From NCBI GenBank assembly GCA_039831155.1, contig JBDONT010000039.1:1-36558 (forward strand): DNA of 36,558 bases, in the 5' to 3' direction. This DNA is from Nautiliaceae bacterium. Its GTDB lineage: Bacteria; Campylobacterota; Campylobacteria; Campylobacterales; Nautiliaceae. This document shows, one piece after another, positions 1-10,347 of this stretch (positions are counted from its first letter, which is position 1; each line of letters begins with the position of its first letter). The position numbers and the translations under genes were made by a program. Under the pieces are notes generated by a model. That model made no database searches and was not told the DNA's origin. It saw nothing but the letters and a program-made list of their open reading frames with translations.

Positions 1-127
1 GACTATGCCGATTAGAAACTGGAACCTTACACTCTCTCAACTGGCAATTTTCTTTGAAGGAAGATTGGATGAAGCTTTAAATCTATGATATAATTTTCTT
101 AGCTGACACGGAATTATGAACGGTCTC
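1..127 (+). mobile_element. 3' end of IS256-family insertion sequence (transposase C-terminus plus right inverted repeat)
   Basis: Frame 2..88 translates TMPIRNWNLTLSQLAIFFEGRLDEALNL*, the typical IS256 transposase tail (WTMPIxNW...Q.AI.F..R). It is followed by GCTGACACGGAATTATGAACGGTCTC (102-127), whose reverse complement starts GAG like IS256 termini. Confidence 0.85.
86..94 (+). promoter_or_regulatory. Outward-facing extended -10 (TGATATAAT) inside the IS end
   Basis: Perfect TGnTATAAT overlapping the transposase stop codon and pointing toward modA. Confidence 0.4.
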
Positions 128-140
128 AGCTTTTCTCTTA

Positions 141-149
141 TGTTAAAAT
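141..149 (+). promoter_or_regulatory. Extended -10 of the mod operon (TGTTAAAAT)
   Basis: TGnTAAAAT about 25 nt upstream of the modA ATG; SD AAGGAG at about 163-168. Confidence 0.55.
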
Positions 150-173
150 ACCCTTATTTTTTAAGGAGAATCA

Positions 174-857
174 ATGAGGTTTTTGTTGTTTTTTGTTTCT
201 TTTTTATTTGCATCGGATATTTATGTGGCTTCTTGTGCAAATACTTCTTTTGTTATGCCTCAAATTGTTAAGGCTTTTCATAAAAAATATCCATCACTAA
301 ACGTTCATCTTATATTCTCAAGCAGTGGCAAACTTACTGCTCAAATTACTCATAATGCAAACTATGATATCTTTTTATCTGCCGATATGAAATATCCTAT
401 GTTTTTGTATCAACACGGTTTTGCTCTTGAAAAACCCAAAGTTTATGCATACGGTAAATTAATTTTGATTTCTCAAAAAAAGGTTGATTTAAACAATCTC
501 TCAAACCTCTCTTCAATCGCTGTAGCAAATCCCAAATTGGCACCGTATGGGAAAGCTGCTATAGAAGTTTTAAAAAACTTAAAAATTTATAATAAAGTTA
601 AACAAAAGCTAATTTACGCTCCATCGGTTAGTGGGGTTGTGCCTTATGTTTTAAACGGAGTTGAAGCAGGATTTGTTTCTAACAGTTTTATTCTGAAACT
701 GCATATGAATATTTTACAGGTCCCTACATCTCTTTATACGCCTATTAAGCAAGGAGTAATTCTTTTAAAAAATAAAAAAGAAGCAGCGGAGTTTTATAAT
801 TTCCTTTTTTCCAAAGAAGCAAAAGAAATTTTAAAAAAATACGGATACGGAGTTTAA
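174..857 (+). CDS. modA: Molybdate ABC transporter substrate-binding protein
   Basis: Signal peptide; SSSGKL..QI, DIFLSA and IAVANPKLAPYGKAA motifs; first gene of a mod cluster. Confidence 0.95.
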   Translation: MRFLLFFVSFLFASDIYVASCANTSFVMPQIVKAFHKKYPSLNVHLIFSSSGKLTAQITHNANYDIFLSADMKYPMFLYQHGFALEKPKVYAYGKLILISQKKVDLNNLSNLSSIAVANPKLAPYGKAAIEVLKNLKIYNKVKQKLIYAPSVSGVVPYVLNGVEAGFVSNSFILKLHMNILQVPTSLYTPIKQGVILLKNKKEAAEFYNFLFSKEAKEILKKYGYGV

Positions 858-860
858 GGG

Positions 861-1205
861 TTGGAATTTGAAGTTGATGTAAAAGAGATTTTAAAAAAAG
901 AAGGGCTTGTACTGTTAAAGTGCCTTTATAAAGAGGTAAATATAAACATATTAACGTTTTACGATATAAATCAAACCACTCTTAAAGTTTATATAAATCC
1001 GAGAAGTTTTTTTTTATTTTCAGAGGGTAAGGATAAAAACTGCTTTAAAGCTAAAATTTTAGAAGCAAAAAAAGGTGAAATTTTAAATTCTTACGTTGTA
1101 AAGGTGTATGATAAAGAGATGGAAGTTTATTCTGTAGACTTTTTTGAAGATGAAGTGTTTTTGCTTTTTAGACCTCAAGACGTTATGTTAAAAGGTGTTA
1201 AATGA
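861..1205 (+). CDS. Degenerate TOBE/molybdopterin-binding-like protein
   Basis: TTG start; NCFKAKILEAKKGEI segment resembles a TOBE repeat; same position between modA and modB as in the Campylobacter mod operon. Confidence 0.55.
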   Translation: MEFEVDVKEILKKEGLVLLKCLYKEVNINILTFYDINQTTLKVYINPRSFFLFSEGKDKNCFKAKILEAKKGEILNSYVVKVYDKEMEVYSVDFFEDEVFLLFRPQDVMLKGVK

Positions 1206-1879
1206 TAGATTTTACCCCTTTTTTACTCTCTTTTAAGCTGGCGTTTTTTACTACGTTGATTCTGTTGGTTATTGGAATTCCTCTTGCGTGGTATCTTAGT
1301 AATTTAAAAAGCAGACTCAAGCCTTTTTTGGAAGCTGTTGTGGCATTGCCGTTGGTGTTGCCTCCGTCGGTACTTGGGTTTTATCTATTGGTTTTTTTCT
1401 CTCAAAACTCTTTATTGGGTAAGTTTTTATACGAACATTTTAATCTCAAACTTGTTTTTACGTTTGAGGGGCTTGTAGTTGCTAGTTGTATTTACTCTTT
1501 TCCTTTTATGATTCAACCGTTACAAAACGGATTTGAATCAATTCCCAAAAACATAATAGAAGCGTCGTATTTAAGTGGTAAGGGTAAACTTAAGACCCTT
1601 TTTAGGGTAATCTTGCCTAATATGAAACCTTTTTTAATAAGTGCTGTTATTATTACTTTCGCTCATACCGTAGGGGAGTTTGGGGTTGTTTTGATGGTGG
1701 GAGGTTCTATTCCCGGAAAAACCGAAGTGGCTAGTGTGGCAATTTATGATTATGTCGAAATGCTTGATTATAAACACGCTCATATTTACAGTCTTTTAAT
1801 GCTTGGAATTAGCTTTTTGGTTTTAATTTTTGTTTATTATTTTAATTATGTCCAAAAGAGAAAATATGTTCAAAATTGA
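1202..1879 (+). CDS. modB: Molybdate ABC transporter permease
   Basis: LPLVLPPSVLGFYLL, EAA-like loop (EASYLSG), FAHTVGEFGVVLMVGGSIPG. Confidence 0.96.
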   Translation: MIDFTPFLLSFKLAFFTTLILLVIGIPLAWYLSNLKSRLKPFLEAVVALPLVLPPSVLGFYLLVFFSQNSLLGKFLYEHFNLKLVFTFEGLVVASCIYSFPFMIQPLQNGFESIPKNIIEASYLSGKGKLKTLFRVILPNMKPFLISAVIITFAHTVGEFGVVLMVGGSIPGKTEVASVAIYDYVEMLDYKHAHIYSLLMLGISFLVLIFVYYFNYVQKRKYVQN

Positions 1880-2714
1880 TATCAAAAAAGAGCTTTTCGG
1901 TCATAATGGGGGTATGATTTTAGAGTGCAAATTTGAGATAAAAAAGGGGGATTTTTTAGCCGTCAGTGGACCCAGCGGCAGTGGTAAAACAACTCTTTTA
2001 AGAATTATAGCAGGTGTTGAAAAAGCTAGGGGAGAAATTATTATAGATAATGAAATATGGCTTAGTAACTCTAAAATACTTCCTCCTCAAAAAAGAGAAG
2101 TAGGGTTTTTATTTCAGGATTTCGCTCTTTTTCCTAATATGAGTGTGGAAGAGAATTTATTGTATGTAAAAAAAGATAAATCATTAGCAGAGCATCTTTT
2201 AAAAATGGCAGATATTTATGAATTAAAAGACAGATATCCCCATATGTTAAGTGGAGGACAAAAACAAAGGGTCGCACTTTGTAGGGCTTTGATGAGAAAA
2301 CCCAAACTTTTGCTTTTGGATGAGCCTTTTTCGGCGTTGGATTTGAAAATGAAAGAAAAACTTCATTTTTATATTCAAGGGTTTCACAAAGAGTTTAATT
2401 TAACGACGATAATGGTTTCTCACTCTTTAAGCGAAATTTATACTCTTAGCAATAAACTTTTAGAACTTGATTACGGAAAAGCTGTAAGGTTTGGGAATAC
2501 TAAAGATATTTTGTTAAATTCCAGTTTTGATACTATATTAGAGGGTAAGATTTTGGATATTTTAAAAACGGACACCGTTTATAAGGTTATTGTATCGGTT
2601 GGGAATAGGATTTTAAAGGTTGCCGTTACTGCTTTTGAGGCTGAATCTTTGAAAATAGGGGAGAGAGTGGGGGTTGTTGTTAATGAATTTAATATTACTC
2701 TTCAATCAATTTAA
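1866..2714 (+). CDS. modC: Molybdate ABC transporter ATP-binding protein with C-terminal TOBE domain
   Basis: Walker A GPSGSGKT, LSGGQKQR, LLLLDEPF. Start reassigned to ATG 1866 (MFKIDIKK). Confidence 0.92.
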   Translation: MFKIDIKKELFGHNGGMILECKFEIKKGDFLAVSGPSGSGKTTLLRIIAGVEKARGEIIIDNEIWLSNSKILPPQKREVGFLFQDFALFPNMSVEENLLYVKKDKSLAEHLLKMADIYELKDRYPHMLSGGQKQRVALCRALMRKPKLLLLDEPFSALDLKMKEKLHFYIQGFHKEFNLTTIMVSHSLSEIYTLSNKLLELDYGKAVRFGNTKDILLNSSFDTILEGKILDILKTDTVYKVIVSVGNRILKVAVTAFEAESLKIGERVGVVVNEFNITLQSI

Positions 2715-3561
2715 GGGCAAGTTCTGTTAGACGGTTCCTATAGATTTTTTGCAAATTTACGTGGGCTAAAGCTTCGTGAGGAAGTGCTTTTTGGAGTCTA
2801 AAGAGTCCACTCTCTTGTTGTGAGATTGTAGAATATGTCTGACGCAAATCTCCAAGTAAAAACAGTTTACTCCCTTCACTCATTCTGCTTAAAATCATAC
2901 TCATATATTCTCTTGTAACAAGCTGGACTTCATCCACTATTAAAATTTCTCCTTCGAGAATTGACACTCCTTGAATCATATTAAGAGGAATTATTTCAAA
3001 CTTTTCAAAAAACAGTTGGGATTTTATCGAGTCGTAATTTAAGTTTTTTGAATCTCTGTATAAGAAATTAAGGGCACTTAAAAACCCACCTGCCCACTCT
3101 AACATTTTTTCGTTTTTGCTACCCGGCAGAAACCCTATGTCATAGTCGCTGCTAATTCCTATTGGTGGGCGTGTTATGAATATTTTTTTGTTTGTAAGGG
3201 CTAGGGCTGTAGCTGTTGCAAGCAGGGTTTTTCCACTTCCGAACTTCCCCGTAAGAAGGGTTGCCGGGGCTTGAGTTAGGGCGTATATTGCACATTTTTG
3301 ATAGATATCAAGAGGAGAGAAAATTTTTGCGTTTTTGATTCTAAGTTTGGAAGTTTCCGGGATGTTGTCTATTCTCTCTATTCCTTTGTAAGGGTTATAG
3401 CAATAAGCGAGTTCTCTTTCGTTCATTTCGTCGTATGTAATAATAAAATCCCAGTAGTTTAATTCGTGATTGAATTTCTCTTTTATGTATTTAATAATTT
3501 CTGTCGGTTCTTTTACCCCTATAAAATGTCCTATTTCAAAGTTTTTATCTTCTATTAAAAT
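2695..3561 (-). CDS. PhoH-family ATPase (no PIN domain); probable ATT start at 3561, first ATG at 3426
   Basis: GKFGSGKT, IGFLPGSKNEKM..W, ILIVDEVQ, SRMSEGSKLFLLGD..Q. The frame stays open for 46 codons upstream of ATG 3426. Confidence 0.85.
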   Translation of the reverse strand: MLIEDKNFEIGHFIGVKEPTEIIKYIKEKFNHELNYWDFIITYDEMNERELAYCYNPYKGIERIDNIPETSKLRIKNAKIFSPLDIYQKCAIYALTQAPATLLTGKFGSGKTLLATATALALTNKKIFITRPPIGISSDYDIGFLPGSKNEKMLEWAGGFLSALNFLYRDSKNLNYDSIKSQLFFEKFEIIPLNMIQGVSILEGEILIVDEVQLVTREYMSMILSRMSEGSKLFLLGDLRQTYSTISQQESGLFRLQKALPHEALAHVNLQKIYRNRLTELALKLIEE

Positions 3562-3564
3562 GGC

Positions 3565-4392
3565 TTATCCTTTCATTTTCATAGAGAAATCTTTAAATGT
3601 CGCTTGATGTATTATAGCTCCGCTACTTATTGCATCAATTCCTGTTGAGATATACTCTTTTATATTTTCTAATGTAACATTTCCACTTGCTTCTAAAGAT
3701 ACTCTTGGAAAATTTGAATTTCTAAATTCAACTACTTTTTTAATCTCTTCAAATCCCATATTATCACACATTACAATATCAGCCCCAGCTTCCATAGCCT
3801 CTATTGCCATTTCTATACTTTCTGTTTCAACTTCTATTTTTGTGGTAAATGGGATATTTTTACGGGCGATTTGGATAGCTTCTTTAATAGAGTTAAATAG
3901 TGCTAAGTGGGTATCTTTTAGCATTAAACAATCATCAAGCCCTAAGCGATGATTTGTAATTCCCCCGCATTTTGCAGCGTATTTTTCAAAAGTCCTAAGA
4001 AGTGGTCTGGTTTTCCTTGTATCAAGTATTTTAAGATTCTCTGCTCTTTTTACAAATTCATAAGCGTTGCTTGCAATTCCACTTGCGTGTTGAAGGATAT
4101 TTAAAAGAGTTCTTTCAATTGATAGGATATCTCTTGCGTTTCCTTCTATTTCTAAGATAATATCCCCTTTTTTGTAATTTTGGGAATCTTTAAAAAAAGT
4201 AGTAATTTTAACATCTGCAATTTCTTCAAAATGTTTTATATATTCAATCCCTCCAATTACTCCCTCACTCTTAGCTCTTACTATGGCTTTTGTCTTTTTA
4301 TCTATTAAACTTCTTGCCAAATCTCCTCTTCCTATATCTTCTTTTAAAGTCTCTTTTAAAAAGTCTATTATTTGAAATTTCATTAAATTCAT
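3565..4392 (-). CDS. nadC: Nicotinate-nucleotide diphosphorylase (carboxylating)
   Basis: DTRKTRP, HRLGLDD..MLKDTH, IEVE, MCDNM, EASGNVT; ATGA overlap with nadA. Confidence 0.96.
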   Translation of the reverse strand: MNLMKFQIIDFLKETLKEDIGRGDLARSLIDKKTKAIVRAKSEGVIGGIEYIKHFEEIADVKITTFFKDSQNYKKGDIILEIEGNARDILSIERTLLNILQHASGIASNAYEFVKRAENLKILDTRKTRPLLRTFEKYAAKCGGITNHRLGLDDCLMLKDTHLALFNSIKEAIQIARKNIPFTTKIEVETESIEMAIEAMEAGADIVMCDNMGFEEIKKVVEFRNSNFPRVSLEASGNVTLENIKEYISTGIDAISSGAIIHQATFKDFSMKMKG

Positions 4393-5363
4393 TTTGATAA
4401 CTCCATCATTGTATTTAACGCTTTTTTTGCTTCGTTTGCAATTTTTTCATCTACAAATATCTCATTATAAGCTCTTCCTTCATCAATAGCTTTTAAGAGG
4501 TCGTATAACTCTTTTAGGGTAGTTTCGTTCATTGAAGGGCATTCAGGTTTTGTTGAGCTTAATACAAAGATATTTGGGTTTATCTCTTGTTTTAGTCTGT
4601 TTACAAAATTAAATTCAGTACCTATTGCTATCTTTTGAGTTGGGTTTTCTTTTACATATTGAAATATTTGAGAAGTAGACCCTGCAAAATCTGCTATCTC
4701 TACAACTTCTGGTGAGCATTCTGGGTGAACTACAATTTTAATATCTGGATATCTTGATTTAAAAAATTCAACGTGTTCAGGCATAAATAGCTGATGCACA
4801 GAACAGTGCCCATCAAAGCATATCATTGTAGCATCTTGCCAACTCTCTTCTCCTATTACTTTTGCACTAATACCTAGTTTTTTGGCTATGTTTCTTCCAA
4901 GATTTTTATCCGGTAAAAAGAAGATTTTTTTATTTTGTGTTAAAGCCCACTCAATTATTTTTTTTGCATTTGAGCTTGTACAAGTAACCCCGCCTTCTCT
5001 TGCAACTATTGCTTTTGTTTTGGCAGTTGAGTTTATGTAAGTAATTGGAATAAAGTCTATGTTATTTTCTTTTAGAAGTTTTATGTTGTTTTCTACCAAA
5101 ACCTCTTCTGCCATTCTTGCCATTGAGCAGTCTGCAAGGCGTGGCATATATACGGGGATATCCGGATTTAGTATTTTTGCACTTTCTCCCATAAATTTTA
5201 CCCCGCAAAAGATAAGAGGATTTTTAAGATTGGCTGTTTTTTTAGCAAGTTCTAAACTATCTCCTGTTAAATCGGCAAGTTCAAATATTTCATCTTTTTC
5301 ATAATAGTGAGCTGCAAGGGTTATATTGTGTTTTTTTATAAGATTTTTTATTTCGTTTAACAT
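4389..5363 (-). CDS. nadA: Quinolinate synthase
   Basis: AHYY, GDSLELA, FCGVKFMGE; three Fe-S cysteines (CSMA, CSVH, CPSM); HPEC. Confidence 0.96.
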   Translation of the reverse strand: MLNEIKNLIKKHNITLAAHYYEKDEIFELADLTGDSLELAKKTANLKNPLIFCGVKFMGESAKILNPDIPVYMPRLADCSMARMAEEVLVENNIKLLKENNIDFIPITYINSTAKTKAIVAREGGVTCTSSNAKKIIEWALTQNKKIFFLPDKNLGRNIAKKLGISAKVIGEESWQDATMICFDGHCSVHQLFMPEHVEFFKSRYPDIKIVVHPECSPEVVEIADFAGSTSQIFQYVKENPTQKIAIGTEFNFVNRLKQEINPNIFVLSSTKPECPSMNETTLKELYDLLKAIDEGRAYNEIFVDEKIANEAKKALNTMMELSK

Positions 5364-5421
5364 TTAGCTCCTTTTAAATACTTTAAAAAAATTATATTAT
5401 AATTTCACAAAAAGGAAAAAT

Positions 5422-6030
5422 ATGTCGCCTCTTATGTGGTATTTGATAGCTTATTTGGTTGGAGGAATTCCCTTTGGGTATTTGATTGCTAAATATGCAG
5501 CCGGAATTAATATAAAAGAGCACGGGAGTGGAAATATAGGTGCTACTAATGTTTTAAGGGTATTAAAAGAAAAAGATCCGAAACTCGCCAAAAAACTTGG
5601 TGCTTTAACTCTTTTTCTTGATGCCTTAAAAGGAGCCGTTGTTTTAATAATTGCTAAATTTATGGGAGTTTGTGATGCTGTTTTATGGGGGATGGCAGTT
5701 TTTGCGGTAATAGGGCATTGCTTTTCTCCTTATTTAAAGCTGGAAGGTGGAAAAGGAGTTGCCACAACTGCCGGGGTTTTATTGGTACTTGTTCCAAAAG
5801 CCGTGTTGGTTGCTTTTATTGTTTGGTTTATTATGGCAAAAACCGTTAGGATATCTTCTCTTAGTTCTTTAACGGCAATAGTAGTTGGGATTTTGAGTAC
5901 TTATGTTTTATATCCTAATTTATCTATCCACTCTCACGCACCACTTTTAATTATAGGTTTTATCGTACTTTATAAGCATAAAGAAAATATATATAGGTTA
6001 ATTACCGGCCAAGAGAAAAGAGTTATTTGA
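5422..6030 (+). CDS. plsY: Glycerol-3-phosphate acyltransferase
   Basis: GSGNIGATNVLR, DALKG, GHCFS, GGKGVAT, HKENIYRL. Confidence 0.96.
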   Translation: MSPLMWYLIAYLVGGIPFGYLIAKYAAGINIKEHGSGNIGATNVLRVLKEKDPKLAKKLGALTLFLDALKGAVVLIIAKFMGVCDAVLWGMAVFAVIGHCFSPYLKLEGGKGVATTAGVLLVLVPKAVLVAFIVWFIMAKTVRISSLSSLTAIVVGILSTYVLYPNLSIHSHAPLLIIGFIVLYKHKENIYRLITGQEKRVI

Positions 6031-6356
6031 TGTATAAGATAGTGATTGAAAATTTAGAATTTGAAGCAGTTGTCGGAATTTTACCTTTTGAGAGGGAAAA
6101 AGCTCAAAAGGTATCGGTAAACGTTCAAATAGAATATGTAGATAAAAAACGCTTTATAGATTATGCAAAAGTGTGTGAAATTATAGAAAACCTTATGATA
6201 AAAGAGCAGTTTTTTCTTTTAGAAGATGCGATTGATGAAATAGAAAAAGAGCTTTTAAAAGCTTATCCGAATATGAAAAGTTTGAAATTACAGATTAAAA
6301 AACCCCAAATTTTAAAAAACGCTTTAGTAGGTGTGGAAGTTTTAAGAAAGTATTAA
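6027..6356 (+). CDS. folB: Dihydroneopterin aldolase
   Basis: VGILPFERE.AQ, IDYAKV, F.LLE, KKP..L..A.VGV; follows plsY. Confidence 0.85.
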   Translation: MMYKIVIENLEFEAVVGILPFEREKAQKVSVNVQIEYVDKKRFIDYAKVCEIIENLMIKEQFFLLEDAIDEIEKELLKAYPNMKSLKLQIKKPQILKNALVGVEVLRKY

Positions 6357-6362
6357 ATTTTT

Positions 6363-6438
6363 TGATATAATTTTTTACCTATTCGGGCTTGGGGTCGTTA
6401 TCCGGCCACCTGCTGGATGCGAATAAAAAGGAGAAATA
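6363..6438 (+). promoter_or_regulatory. Extended -10 (TGATATAAT 6363-6371) and GC-rich structured 5' leader of hsrA
   Basis: TATTCG (6380-85) pairs with CGAATA (6420-25); ATCCGGC (6400-06) pairs with GCTGGAT (6412-18); SD AAGGAG follows immediately. Confidence 0.55.
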
Positions 6439-7365
<927 letters not shown>

Positions 7366-7366
<1 letters not shown>

Positions 7367-8820
7367 TGGCAAAAATAACGGCTGTAATAGATATAGGTTC
7401 AAACTCTGCCAGAATGGCAGTATTTAAAAAAACCAGCCGTTTTGGTTTTTATCTTCTTCGTGAAGAAAAGAGTAAAGTTAGAATTAGTGAGGGTGCTTAT
7501 GAAAACGGTGGCAATCTTCAAGATTTTGCTATTAAAAGAGCACTTGACGCACTTAAAGAGTTTCTTTTAATTGCAAAATCTTTGAAGGTTAGAAAAATTT
7601 TGGCAGTTGCCACTTCTGCAGTAAGGGAAGCTCCGAATAAAAAAGAGTTTTTAAATAGAGTAAAAAAAGAACTGGGCATTAATATAAAAGTAATAGACGG
7701 AGATAAAGAAGCCTTTTTCGGTGGCGTTGCAGCTGCAAATTTATTATATGAAAAAAATGGTGTTACTATTGATATAGGTGGGGGGTCTACCGAGCTTGCT
7801 TTAATAAAAAAGAAAAATATAATAAAAACAATCTCTCTTAATTTGGGAACGGTAAGACTTAAAGAACTTTTTTTCGATAAAAACGATATTAGTGGAGCCA
7901 AAGAGTATATAAAAAAAGAGTTAAAAAGACTTGATGATGATTTTAAACAGTCAAAAGTTTTTGGAATCGGTGGAAGCATAAGGGCGTTATCTAAAGTTAT
8001 TATGAAACAAATCGAATATCCTCTTGATATTTTGCACGGTTTTACTTATGAGGTAAAAGAGCACGAGAAGTTTTTAAAATCAATTATTAAAATGAGTAAC
8101 GAAGAGCTTTTAAAAATAGGTGTAAAACCTGAAAGACTTGACGTAATAAAACCAGGGGTTTTGATTTTAATAGAGCTTTTGGAATTTTTAAAGGCTAAGT
8201 ATGTAATTACAAGTGGTGTTGGAGTTAGAGAGGGTGTTTTTTTAACGGATTTGCTAAGACACGATAACTATAAATTTCCCGAAAACTTTAATCCCTCCGT
8301 TAGGACCATTATAGACGTTTATCAAATAGATACTAAATTATCTTCTTATGAAACTAAAGTAGCCCTTGAGCTTTTCGATTTATTAAAAGATGATTTTAAA
8401 TTGGACGAAAAATATAAGCTTCATTTAAGTTACGCCATCAAACTTTCGCGTGCCGGGGAGCTTATAGATTTTTATGAATCCCATAAGCATACCGATTATA
8501 TTTTATTGAATTCTCTTCATTACGGATTTAGACACTCCGATAGGCTTTTAATTTCAAAAATTATTCGATTTTATAAAAGAAAAAAAATTAAAAAAAGAGA
8601 ACTTGAAAAGTATAAGTTTTTGTTGCCTAAAAAGGAAGTAATAGAAAAACTTTGTAATATTTTTTGGGTTGCAAAGCTTATAAATAAAAATTTATCAATG
8701 CCGAAAGTCAAAATTTATAAAGAAAATAATAAAATAGTAGTTGAGGGTGAAAATTTATATTTAGCAAAAGAGCAGAGTAAAACGAGGGATTTGTTTTTTA
8801 ATTTAGAAATAAAAGGTTAG
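7366..8820 (+). CDS. ppx: Ppx/GppA exopolyphosphatase
   Basis: IDIGSNS, ATSAVREA.N, IDIGGGSTE, GVREG. Confidence 0.93.
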
Positions 8821-8822
8821 TT

Positions 8823-9296
8823 ATGAAAAAACTTCTTTTTTTACCGTTGGTGTTTGTTGGGTGTTCTTTAACTACAACCACTCAAAAAGTTAAAAATTTT
8901 GCCACTTGTTATATAAATAAAATTCCGGCACCCATTTGGGTTTGTTATCAGTCCTCTTTTTTAAGTATAGGAAAAGTCCATACCGATTCTTTTAACAGAC
9001 TAAAACAAGAGGAGGCTTACTCTTTAGGGGTTAGCGAACTTGTAGCCAAACTTCAGTCAAAAACAAAACTTTTTTTAAGAAAACTGAATATTGATGATAA
9101 AGAGATTTTAAAAGAGGTAAAAGAGTTTGTTGTTTTAAATGCGATAGAGGGGGATAGCTGGTTTGATAAAAAATCAAAAATGCTTTATGTAAAAGTTGAA
9201 GTCTCTAAAGATGAATTTAAAAAATTTCTCTATTCTAAATTAAAAACCAGAGTAAAAAAATTCATATTTTTAATGACGTTCGATGAAACCTTTTGA
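8823..9296 (+). CDS. Putative lipoprotein (LPP20-like)
   Basis: Lipobox FVGC after a short hydrophobic N-terminus; AP.WVC motif. Confidence 0.6.
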   Translation: MKKLLFLPLVFVGCSLTTTTQKVKNFATCYINKIPAPIWVCYQSSFLSIGKVHTDSFNRLKQEEAYSLGVSELVAKLQSKTKLFLRKLNIDDKEILKEVKEFVVLNAIEGDSWFDKKSKMLYVKVEVSKDEFKKFLYSKLKTRVKKFIFLMTFDETF

Positions 9297-10347
9297 TTTT
9301 ATTGTTATAGGTGGAGGAATTGCCGGACTTTTGGCAAGTTACTTTTTAAGGGAATTTAATACGCTTTTAATTGATGAAAACGGAATTTTAACATCCGGGG
9401 CTAGTGCGGCTGCCGGGGCTTTTTTGTTTCCGAAAGTCGGATTTGATACTAAATATACGAGATTTATTAATAATGCTATTTTAGAAGCTTTTGAGTTTTA
9501 TAAATCTTTAAATATCCCTACTTACAAAGAAGGTGTGACTATTTTGCCAAGGGATGAGAGGGATATAGAAAAATTTAAAAAATACGAAAAAGATATTAAA
9601 CTGCCTTTTAAAAAGAGATTTGGAGGTTTTTTCTTTAAAGACGGAGGAGTTGTAAATCCACAGGAAGTAAAAGAGAAAATTAAAGTTGATTATGAAGTAT
9701 TAAAGGTTGAGAAAATTTTTCAAGATAATGGATTTTGGGTTGTAAATGAGCATTTTATAACCAAAAACATAATCTTAACAACCGGTCACAAAAGTTTAAT
9801 CGATATCCCTTATATCAACATAAGAGCTATTTGGGGTGAAAGAATTGAGGGAGAGGCTTCTTTAAGCCTTCCTTGTCATTTTCATAAAAACTGCTCTTTA
9901 TCGAAAATAGGAAACATAGTAAAAATCGGAGCCACACATAAAAGAAACTGCTTAGAGTGTAAAGAAAACGAAGAAGAGGTAAAAGAACTTTTAAAAAAGG
10001 CAAATGAAATTATGGAAATTAAAGATTTTAAATTATCAAAAATTTTAGGAGGCTTTAGAGCTGCAAGTGTTGATTATTTCCCGGTTGTAGGGAATGTTAT
10101 AGATGTTAATGAAACCTTAAAAACAAATCCTAAAGTGGTAAAAGGAGAAGTTCCTAAGACTTTTTCTTATGTTAAAGGGCTTTATATTATAAACGGAATG
10201 GGAGGAAGAGGTTTTTCAAACGCTTTAGTGTGTGCTAGGGCGTTAAAAGAATATATCTTAAATAATAAAGATTTAGGTGTAATTGATACTAAAAGACTTT
10301 TTATCAAATGGGCTAGAAAGGAAGGGGAAAAATATCTACTTGTTTAA
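9283..10347 (+). CDS. FAD-dependent oxidoreductase (DAO/MnmC FAD-domain-like)
   Basis: GGGIAG, GASAAAGA, R.ASVDYFPVVG, NGMGGRGF. Confidence 0.8.
   Translation: MKPFDFIVIGGGIAGLLASYFLREFNTLLIDENGILTSGASAAAGAFLFPKVGFDTKYTRFINNAILEAFEFYKSLNIPTYKEGVTILPRDERDIEKFKKYEKDIKLPFKKRFGGFFFKDGGVVNPQEVKEKIKVDYEVLKVEKIFQDNGFWVVNEHFITKNIILTTGHKSLIDIPYINIRAIWGERIEGEASLSLPCHFHKNCSLSKIGNIVKIGATHKRNCLECKENEEEVKELLKKANEIMEIKDFKLSKILGGFRAASVDYFPVVGNVIDVNETLKTNPKVVKGEVPKTFSYVKGLYIINGMGGRGFSNALVCARALKEYILNNKDLGVIDTKRLFIKWARKEGEKYLLV

Noticed and set aside
6380-6425. Assignment of the hsrA leader to a known riboswitch (ZTP, THF, preQ1, fluoride) or to a folB terminator
   Set aside because: Core consensus elements are not recognisable by eye and no U-tract follows the stem; kept only as an unassigned structured leader.
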